39,164 bases of DNA from an uncultured Deinococcales bacterium (GTDB taxonomy: Bacteria > Deinococcota > Deinococci > Deinococcales > JAAFIG01): NCBI GenBank assembly GCA_964247135.1, contig CAXTTL010000015.1, positions 1 to 39,164 on the forward strand, written 5' to 3'. The position numbers were made by a program, and so were the translations under genes. Of the stretch, positions 1 to 7,168 are shown piece after piece (the stretch's first letter is position 1; each line of letters starts with the position of its first letter). The notes under the pieces are model-generated. The model was not told where the DNA came from. It saw only the letters and a list, made by a program, of their open reading frames with translations, and made no database searches.

Positions 1-1290
1 GGGATCGCATTTGGCTCACCGCCGCTCGAGCTTGCGGCATTGTTCTTGCTGCTGGGTGCGGCTGGTAAAAGTGCGCAGTTGCCACTTTCGACTTGGTTGC
101 CCGATGCAATGGCGGGTCCAACGCCCGTATCGGCTTTAATTCACGCTGCCACGATGGTCACGGCTGGCGTTTACTTGGTGGCACGTTCACACGCGATTTT
201 TGCCAATGCCCCTGGAGCGTCGAGTTGGGTGATGTGGATTGGCGCACTGACTGCCGTTTACGGGGCACTTTCTGCGATTGCCCAAACCGACATCAAGAAA
301 ATTCTGGCGTACTCCACGGTTTCGCAACTGGGTTATATGTTTATTGCCGTGGGTTCTGGCGCGTACTGGGTCGGGATTTTCCACGTGGCGACTCATGCGT
401 TCTTCAAAGCCTTACTCTTCCTCTCGAGCGGCAGTGTGATTCATGCTTTGGATGGTGAGCAAGACGTTCGTCAAATGGGTGGCTTGCGCGAGAAATTACC
501 AACCACACACATTGTGTCCTTGATTGGAACTTTAGCAATCGCAGGAATCATTCCGCTGGCGGGTTTTTTCAGCAAAGATGCGATTCTCTCCAGCGCGTTC
601 ACTTCGCCGTTTGGCGGCGAATTTAGCGGTTACCTCATCTGGGCAATTGGTCTGATCGTGGCGTTCCTGACGGCTGGCTACATGTGGCGTTGGTACACCC
701 TGGTTTTCTTGGGAACGTACCGTGGTCACGCGCACCCGCACGAAAGCTCGAGCGTCATAACCGTGCCACTTTGGACTCTGGCTGTCCTCAGCGTGGTCGG
801 AGGCTTTATCGGTCTGCCGCATTTCCTTGGCAAGAACGTCAACTGGCTCGAGCGTTTCCTTGAGGAAGCCGCACCGAATGCACTTGGTTTCCATGAAATT
901 CCACTTTGGGGTGAATTGATTTTGATTCTGCTGGCGCTCGCCGCCGCCGTTGGTGGCATCCTCCTCTCGAGATGGATTATCGCTCGAGACGGTGTGAACA
1001 GTGCGGGTTGGATTGCCACGCGATTTGGCAATGCTTCACGCAAAGCCTTGTTCCTCGACCAAACGTATGATGTCGCGGTTTCCGCTCCCGCCAAATTTAT
1101 TTCAGAACAACTCGAGCTTGCTGATACGCACGGTTTGGATCGCGGCATTGGCGCAATCGCCAACGGGACAGCCGAAGCGGGCGCAAGCCTCAGCGTTTGG
1201 CAATCTGGTTTTGTGCGGGCTTACGCGATTGCGGTGTTGCTTGGCACGGCAATTCTGGTTGGCTACTTGGCGTTAAGGAGCTTCGCATGA
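1..1290 (+). CDS. nuoL: NADH-quinone oxidoreductase subunit L (Nqo12), 5'-truncated by window
   Basis: GKSAQLPLSTWLPDAMAGPTPVSALIHAATMV, DIKKILAYSTVSQLGYM and HAFFKALLF motifs; frame open from base 1. Confidence 0.97.
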   Translation, partial: GIAFGSPPLELAALFLLLGAAGKSAQLPLSTWLPDAMAGPTPVSALIHAATMVTAGVYLVARSHAIFANAPGASSWVMWIGALTAVYGALSAIAQTDIKKILAYSTVSQLGYMFIAVGSGAYWVGIFHVATHAFFKALLFLSSGSVIHALDGEQDVRQMGGLREKLPTTHIVSLIGTLAIAGIIPLAGFFSKDAILSSAFTSPFGGEFSGYLIWAIGLIVAFLTAGYMWRWYTLVFLGTYRGHAHPHESSSVITVPLWTLAVLSVVGGFIGLPHFLGKNVNWLERFLEEAAPNALGFHEIPLWGELILILLALAAAVGGILLSRWIIARDGVNSAGWIATRFGNASRKALFLDQTYDVAVSAPAKFISEQLELADTHGLDRGIGAIANGTAEAGASLSVWQSGFVRAYAIAVLLGTAILVGYLALRSFA

Positions 1291-2750
1291 TTCACCTGAT
1301 TATTTTCATCCCGCTCCTGTTCGCGTTGGTTGGGCTGTTCTTGCGTGGTCAAGCTCGAGCTTCAATCTCGATTTTCGCGGCGTTGTCTTCGTTCGCGCTG
1401 ACGGCTGTCGTTTGGATTGCCAAGATTGACACCGTGTACCGCACCCCTTGGATTCCTGGCGCTGGTGTGTTTTACAGTGTGACCTTCGACGGTCCAAGTT
1501 TGCTGCTGGCACTCGTCGCCACGCTGATGACTTCAATCACCCTGATTTACTTTTCGTTCCGCAAAGACAGCCACCAAGCCGAGGGCATGTACCCGCTCGC
1601 GCTGGCGATGCTGACGGGTTTGCTCGGTATTTTCGCCGCTCGAGATTTGATTTTGTTTTACGTGTTCTTCGAGGCAACGCTCGTGCCAAGTTTGTTTATG
1701 CTCGGTTTGTACGGACGCAAAAATCGGGTTCGCGCCTTGATGAAAATGGCACTCTACACGATTTTCGGCGGTCTGTTGATGCTCGTCAGCATCATCGCCA
1801 CCAAGCTCTACACAAACTCCCCGAGCTTTGACTTCCTCGAGTTGTTCGGACGCACCTCGCAACTCGACCTCGAGACGCAGACTTGGTTGTTCCTGGGTTT
1901 TGTGGCTGCATTTGCGGTCAAACTGCCGTTGTTTCCGCTTCACAATTGGTTGCCCGATTTTCATGCCGAGAACCATCCTTCTGGCGTTGCCGATGTCATG
2001 GGAACGCTGTACAAGGTTGGTGGTTACGGTTTGTTCAGGTTTGCACTGCCGTTGTTTCCTGCCGCCGCGCAAAACCTGCAATGGGTTTTCATGACCCTCG
2101 CCGCATTCACCGCGCTTTACGGGGCTTGGATCGCCTTCTCGAGCAAGGACTTCAAGCGTTTGCTGGCTTACGCCGGACTTTCGCACATGGGCTTGGTCGC
2201 GCTTGGCATGTTCAGCCTCAACCCCATCGGTATGGCTGGCGCGTTGTTTTTGCTGGCTTTCCAAGGCGTTTACTCGAGCGCGTTGTTTTTGATCGTCGGG
2301 ATGCTCGAGGAACGCCTCAACAAAGATTCGCACAACGAAAAAACCACCTCGCAAGCCCTCGAGATTGGGCATGTTCGCGGTCTTGCCGCCAGCGCTCCAG
2401 CGTTCGCGGGAGTCGCACTCATCCTGTGGTTCGCCAGCATCGGCGTGCCAGGCTTGGCAGGTTTCATTGGCGAGTTCAGCGTGTTCTTGGGTGCTTACCA
2501 AGCCAACCCTTGGGCAACCGCGCTCGCCGTCTCAACCGTAATTGCCTCTGCTGCCTTCGCCCTGACCGCCTACCAACGCACCTGGCTCGAGGAAGCCACC
2601 ACCAGCATTCCAGAATTGAACACCAAAGATTGGTTTGTGCTCGTGCCGATTTTGGCTGTCACCGTGTTCTTTGGCGTGTTCTCGGGGTCTGCGCTCAAAC
2701 TGCTCGAGCCGAGCGTTCAAGCCGTCGCAGGACTCTTGGGGGGTAAGTGA
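1287..2750 (+). CDS. nuoM: NADH-quinone oxidoreductase subunit M
   Basis: FYVFFE, AFAVKLPLFPLHNWLP, PGLAGFIGEF motifs; AAGGAG RBS and ATGA overlap with nuoL stop put the start at 1287. Confidence 0.96.
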   Translation: MIHLIIFIPLLFALVGLFLRGQARASISIFAALSSFALTAVVWIAKIDTVYRTPWIPGAGVFYSVTFDGPSLLLALVATLMTSITLIYFSFRKDSHQAEGMYPLALAMLTGLLGIFAARDLILFYVFFEATLVPSLFMLGLYGRKNRVRALMKMALYTIFGGLLMLVSIIATKLYTNSPSFDFLELFGRTSQLDLETQTWLFLGFVAAFAVKLPLFPLHNWLPDFHAENHPSGVADVMGTLYKVGGYGLFRFALPLFPAAAQNLQWVFMTLAAFTALYGAWIAFSSKDFKRLLAYAGLSHMGLVALGMFSLNPIGMAGALFLLAFQGVYSSALFLIVGMLEERLNKDSHNEKTTSQALEIGHVRGLAASAPAFAGVALILWFASIGVPGLAGFIGEFSVFLGAYQANPWATALAVSTVIASAAFALTAYQRTWLEEATTSIPELNTKDWFVLVPILAVTVFFGVFSGSALKLLEPSVQAVAGLLGGK

Positions 2751-4174
2751 TGAATTTCGTTGCGCCTGATGTCAATTACTACTCGATGCTACCGTTCATC
2801 ACGGTGTTGCTGACCGCAATCTTCGCCACCATTCTGCCGTTTTACGTCTCGAGAAAAGCGATTGCGGGTTTGAGTGCCGTTGGTTTGCTGATCGCCCTGG
2901 TCGAAAGCATTGCCTTGTGGAACACCAACCTCTCGAGCTTTTACGGTGCATTTCGCGCCGATAACTTCGCGCTCGGATTTGACGTGGTGCTGATCGTCGG
3001 CGCACTCATCGCCATCATCTCGAGCGTCGATGTTGCCAAGCGCGGTGGTACGATGCAAGCTGAATTTTTTGCGATTTTGTTGTACGCCGTTTCAGGCACA
3101 ATGCTGCTGGCTCACGCCCATGATTTGATCGTGTTGTTGATCGGTTTTGAAGTCATGAGCCTTGGTGTGTACGTGCTCTCGAGCTTCCAAGAAACCGCCA
3201 AAAGCGAAGAGGCAGGCATGAAATACTTCCTGCTCGGTGGTTTCGCCAGCGCCATCTTAATTTTTGGCATTGCGCTGGTCTTTGGCGCAACAGGCAAATT
3301 CGGACTCGAGGCAATCAATACTTCAATCCTCAGCCCAGAATTTAAAAACTCGAGCATCGCCGCCGTGGGTGCGCTCTTTATCTTGATTGGTTTTGGTTTT
3401 AAAGTGGCAATGGCTCCGTTTCACCAGTGGACTCCAGATGTCTACACGGGTGCGCCAACCGTTGTCACACAATTCATGAGCGTTGCCGTCAAAGCTGCCG
3501 CGTTCGCGGGCTTCTTGCACATTTTCGGGCTTGCCTTGCAAAACGTTTCCGGCTGGCAAACCCCACTGCAATTCCTGATCGCCCTCACGCTGATGATCGG
3601 CAACCTTGCGGCGCTTCGTCAAAGCAAGCTCAAACGAATGCTGGCATACTCGAGCGTCGCCCACGCGGGTTATATCGGGCTGGCGGTGCTGGCAAGTCCA
3701 AGCCAAGGCTTCTCGAGCGCCCTGTATTACCTGGGCATTTACACGCTCATGAACGCTGGTGCGTTTGCGGTGTTGAACGTGCTTTCCAAAGACGATGACG
3801 GTCTGGAGATTGAAAGTTTGGCAGGTTTAGGCTCGAGCAAACCCTTGCTGGCAGCCACGCTGACCTTCTTCTTGCTGTCACTGGCTGGTATTCCGCCTTT
3901 GGGTGGGTTCATTGGCAAGTACCTGATTTTCAGTGCCGCCGCCAGCAGTGGTTATTACGGTTTGGTGATCCTTGCCGCCATCACCAGCGCCATTTCACTG
4001 GCGTACTACTTGCGCCCAATCGGGTTAATGTACTTCCGCCCTCGAGTGACCGTGTTGCCCGATTTCAGTGGACGCAGCACTCGAGTGTTACTGCTGGTTT
4101 GCGCGGCTGGGGTTTTGATTCTCGGGCTTGTGCCGAACGCGGTGTACGGTTTGCTCGAGCTTGTAAAGAGGTAA
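2747..4174 (+). CDS. nuoN: NADH-quinone oxidoreductase subunit N
   Basis: SEEAGMKYFLLG, GFKVAMAPFHQWTPDVYTGAPT, KRMLAYSSVAHAGY motifs; follows nuoM. Confidence 0.96.
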   Translation: MMNFVAPDVNYYSMLPFITVLLTAIFATILPFYVSRKAIAGLSAVGLLIALVESIALWNTNLSSFYGAFRADNFALGFDVVLIVGALIAIISSVDVAKRGGTMQAEFFAILLYAVSGTMLLAHAHDLIVLLIGFEVMSLGVYVLSSFQETAKSEEAGMKYFLLGGFASAILIFGIALVFGATGKFGLEAINTSILSPEFKNSSIAAVGALFILIGFGFKVAMAPFHQWTPDVYTGAPTVVTQFMSVAVKAAAFAGFLHIFGLALQNVSGWQTPLQFLIALTLMIGNLAALRQSKLKRMLAYSSVAHAGYIGLAVLASPSQGFSSALYYLGIYTLMNAGAFAVLNVLSKDDDGLEIESLAGLGSSKPLLAATLTFFLLSLAGIPPLGGFIGKYLIFSAAASSGYYGLVILAAITSAISLAYYLRPIGLMYFRPRVTVLPDFSGRSTRVLLLVCAAGVLILGLVPNAVYGLLELVKR

Positions 4175-4188
4175 GAATTTCGGGAGTT

Positions 4189-4221
4189 AAACGAGGCGCA
4201 AATTTGCGCCTCGTTTGTTTT
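4189..4221 (+). terminator. Intrinsic terminator of the nuo operon
   Basis: Perfect 28-bp palindrome AAACGAGGCGCAAA/TTTGCGCCTCGTTT followed by GTTTT, 14 bp after the nuoN stop. Confidence 0.8.
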
Positions 4222-4266
4222 GTGCGTCGGTTTTCGCTCGAGGCACGGTGAAATTCAGTAAAACAT

Positions 4267-4295
4267 TTGCGAAGAGTTCAAAAATGCGCTACGCT
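4267..4295 (+). promoter_or_regulatory. Sigma70-type promoter for the TA operon, leaderless-type
   Basis: TTGCGA-17 bp-TACGCT, then ATG at 4302 after a 6-nt gap with no RBS. Confidence 0.55.
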
Positions 4296-4301
4296 GAAAA
4301 C

Positions 4302-4475
4302 ATGAGCACGCCCACACCAAAAACCCGAGCAAAAAAACAGAGTGCGGCTGCGTATTTGGTGTCACTGGCACGAAAAATCGAAGCTGAAGCTCCTGCTGAA
4401 CAACTCAAACGCTTACCTCGAGATGGCGCTAAGAACCACAATCATTATTTGTATGGTGCGCCAAAAATCAAGTGA
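4302..4475 (+). CDS. Putative antitoxin (VapB-like), 57 aa
   Basis: Small ORF with C-terminal LPRDGAKNHNHYLYG motif of the kind seen in PIN-associated antitoxins; GTGA overlap with the PIN gene. Confidence 0.75.
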   Translation: MSTPTPKTRAKKQSAAAYLVSLARKIEAEAPAEQLKRLPRDGAKNHNHYLYGAPKIK

Positions 4476-4879
4476 AACAAGTTTTCATAGACGCTGCACC
4501 GCTAATCTCTCTGATAAACCCTCGAGATCAGTACCACGAAATCATTGTGCTCGCTTTTGATGATTTGGACGGCGCAGAGCTGATTATCACAGATGCTGTG
4601 CTCACAGAATTCCTGAATTACTACGCGGAACGAGGTTCTTATTTCCGAGAATTGGCGTTGGGTGCAGTGAAGAACCTGATGTTGCGACCTGATGTCACGG
4701 TGATACATCAAAGTAAATACTTGTTCCATTTGGCGCTCGAGCGTTTTGAAGACAGGCAAGACAAGGGGTACAGCCTCACCGATTGTCTGAGCATGATTGT
4801 GATGGAAACACACGGGATTTCTGAGGTCTTAACCACCGATTCGCATTTTAAACAACCAGGATTTAAGTTAATTCCATAG
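4472..4879 (+). CDS. vapC: PIN-domain VapC-family toxin (ribonuclease)
   Basis: VFIDA, VLTEF, YSLTDCLS, LTTDSHF acidic PIN motifs; 135 aa. Confidence 0.9.
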   Translation: MKQVFIDAAPLISLINPRDQYHEIIVLAFDDLDGAELIITDAVLTEFLNYYAERGSYFRELALGAVKNLMLRPDVTVIHQSKYLFHLALERFEDRQDKGYSLTDCLSMIVMETHGISEVLTTDSHFKQPGFKLIP

Positions 4880-4919
4880 TAAGTTCGAGATACTGCCGCA
4901 ACGAAAAGCTTAAGTTTTC

Positions 4920-4948
4920 AACAGGTCACAATATTGTGTCCTGTTTTT
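4920..4948 (+). terminator. Probable terminator after the TA operon
   Basis: AACAGGTCACAATATTGTGTCCTGTT hairpin (one T/T mismatch) followed by a T run. Confidence 0.6.
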
Positions 4949-5003
4949 GATTCTCAAGCTCGAGCTTTACGGTTATGATTGCCCTCAGAAACCCGAGGAT
5001 TGA

Positions 5004-6194
5004 ATGCGATTACTTCACACCGCCGATTGGCACGCTGGACGCAACTTGCGCGGCATTGACCGCACCCCAGAAATCCGTGAAAGCCTCTCCGAAATCCTCG
5101 AGATTGCCGTGTCCGAAAAAGTCGATGCCATTTTGGTGGCGGGTGATTTGTTCGATTCTCCCAACCCCAGCGCCGATGCCGAGGCTGCGGTTTACGATTT
5201 CTTCCTCGAGTCTGGTGCGGCTGGCATTCCGAGCGTGGTGATCGCGGGAAACCACGACAGTCCGCAGCGTCTCGAGAGCGTGTCAGGGCTTTTAAAACGC
5301 GTGAAAGTCAGCGCGTTTGGCGTGATGAAAGCCGATTCCAAAGCCTTTGAACTCGAGCTTGATGCGGGCAAATTGGTGGTGGCTGGACTGCCGTTTTTAT
5401 CCGAACGCCGTTTGGTGAAAGCCGCCAGCCTGATGGATGGCGAGTTTGACACTGGCGTCTGGCGGCAAAAATACCGTGAGGGTATGGGTTTTTTTATTGA
5501 TAAACTCAGCGCTGGTTTTCAGACCAATGCGGTCAACATCATGATGCTGCACACCACGCTCGAGGGTGGCACGCTTTCGGGTTCGGAGTTCTCGTTTTTT
5601 GTGACCAATTCTTACGCCATCAGTCCAGATCAGTTGCCCTCGAGTGCGCAGTACGTGGCATTGGGGCATTTGCACAAACCGCAACGATTGGGCGAAAACC
5701 CCGTGATCGAGTACGCGGGCAGCATCGTGCAACTCGATTTTGGCGAGGCGGGCGAGCAAAAACGCGTCAACCTGATCGAAGCCTTCCCGGGTCGTCCCGC
5801 CAAGGTTCACAGCATTCCCCTGACGCGCCACAAGACCCTTAAAAACGCATCCGTGAGCTTGGATGGTCTGGAGAGTAGGCTCGAGGAATTCAGAAGCTTT
5901 AACGGGCTTTTGAAGGTCACGGTCAAACTCGAGCATCCGATGCCAGGACTCAAAGACCGCGTGATGGGAATTTTGCCAAACGCGGTGGCGGTCGAGGTCG
6001 AACTCGAGGAGGGGAGTGCGGCAAAACGCGCCCTCGAAGCTCAATCCACGCAAAGCCTCGAGCCGATAGAAGCCTTCAAAAAGTATTACTCCGAAAAACG
6101 CGGCAAAGACGTGCCAGAAGATGTTCAGGCGGCGTTTCTCGAGTTGTACTCGCAAACGATGGGCGAATCTCGAGAACCTGAAACCTTGGTCTGA
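5004..6194 (+). CDS. sbcD: SbcD/Mre11 nuclease subunit
   Basis: HTADWH, AGDLFD, IAGNHDS, YVALGHLH phosphoesterase motifs; C-terminal SbcD region; sbcC nearby. Confidence 0.95.
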   Translation: MRLLHTADWHAGRNLRGIDRTPEIRESLSEILEIAVSEKVDAILVAGDLFDSPNPSADAEAAVYDFFLESGAAGIPSVVIAGNHDSPQRLESVSGLLKRVKVSAFGVMKADSKAFELELDAGKLVVAGLPFLSERRLVKAASLMDGEFDTGVWRQKYREGMGFFIDKLSAGFQTNAVNIMMLHTTLEGGTLSGSEFSFFVTNSYAISPDQLPSSAQYVALGHLHKPQRLGENPVIEYAGSIVQLDFGEAGEQKRVNLIEAFPGRPAKVHSIPLTRHKTLKNASVSLDGLESRLEEFRSFNGLLKVTVKLEHPMPGLKDRVMGILPNAVAVEVELEEGSAAKRALEAQSTQSLEPIEAFKKYYSEKRGKDVPEDVQAAFLELYSQTMGESREPETLV

Positions 6195-6233
6195 AATCAC
6201 GGCTCAAAGCGAAGTTCTCCCGTAAAATAACCT

Positions 6234-7004
6234 ATGCCTCGAGTGATGGGTTTTGATATCGGACGCGTGTTGGTCGTGCTGTTCATGGCATGGTACGGCT
6301 TGACCAATTTAAAATACCGTTGGATGTTTCTGGACAACGTCAATTTGATCATTCACGAGGCTGGGCATCCGTTGTGGGGTGTCTTCGGCGAGTTCTCAAT
6401 GTTTCTGGGTGGCTCATTGACCCAGATTCTGGTGCCGCTCGCGTTTCTGGGTTACTTCTGGTTCGCCCGTCAACGGTTTGCGGCTTGCGCCGTCGCGTTG
6501 TGGACTGCCAGCAGTCTGTTCAACCTCGCGGTGTACATCGGGGATGCTCGAGCGATGGAATTACCGCTGTTGGGTGGTGATAATTCGACCCACGATTGGA
6601 ATTGGATTCTCTCCGAGTTGAATGCCCTGCCTTCAGACCTGGCAATTTCGGGTTTTGTTCGTGGCGTGGGCGTGTTGTTTTTGGCGTTCAGCGTGATTGG
6701 AGGTTTGTACTTTGCTCGAGGTGACGAGATGCCCTTACTGTGGGAGGTGAAACGCGTCATGAAAATCTCGAAGATGCGCAATTTGGGTCCAAAATCCGAA
6801 GCCATGCTCGCCAAAATCGGGGTGAACTCGAGTGCAGACCTCGAGCATTTGGGTGCGGTGGAAGCCTTCAAACGGTTGCAATCTGGCGGTGAGAAAGTCA
6901 GTTTGCTGATGCTCTACGCCATGCACGGCGCTCTGACCAACCAAGCTTGGGAACTGTTGCCGCCCGACGAAAAACAAGCATTAAGACAAGCTGTTGAAGT
7001 ATGA
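6234..7004 (+). CDS. HExGH membrane protein (M50-like) fused to TfoX C-terminal domain
   Basis: Several TM segments with IHEAGH, YIGDA, HDWN; C-terminal NLGPKSEAMLAKIGV..LGAVEAFKRL..LLMLYAMHGAL matches TfoX_C. Confidence 0.75.
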   Translation: MPRVMGFDIGRVLVVLFMAWYGLTNLKYRWMFLDNVNLIIHEAGHPLWGVFGEFSMFLGGSLTQILVPLAFLGYFWFARQRFAACAVALWTASSLFNLAVYIGDARAMELPLLGGDNSTHDWNWILSELNALPSDLAISGFVRGVGVLFLAFSVIGGLYFARGDEMPLLWEVKRVMKISKMRNLGPKSEAMLAKIGVNSSADLEHLGAVEAFKRLQSGGEKVSLLMLYAMHGALTNQAWELLPPDEKQALRQAVEV

Positions 7005-7013
7005 CCCATTAAA

Positions 7014-7072
7014 GTAGGGTGCGCCTCGCGCACCGTTATTCCAATGTTCTTGGTGCGCGAGGCGCACCCTAC
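7014..7072. repeat. GTAG-type REP doublet (REPIN), copy 1
   Basis: GTAGGGTGCGCCTCGCGCACC and its perfect reverse complement, 17-nt spacer. Confidence 0.9.
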
Positions 7073-7080
7073 GATTGTTA

Positions 7081-7115
7081 TTCTGCTCTCTGCCCTCCGC
7101 TCTCTACCTTCTGTT
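7081..7115. repeat. Five tandem degenerate heptamers (consensus YTCTGCY)
   Basis: TTCTGCT CTCTGCC CTCCGCT CTCTACC TTCTGTT. Confidence 0.7.
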
Positions 7116-7168
7116 TTTCTAGAACTTTCTCGAGCAACGCGATAAGCTAAGACTCTTAGGAGTTTATC

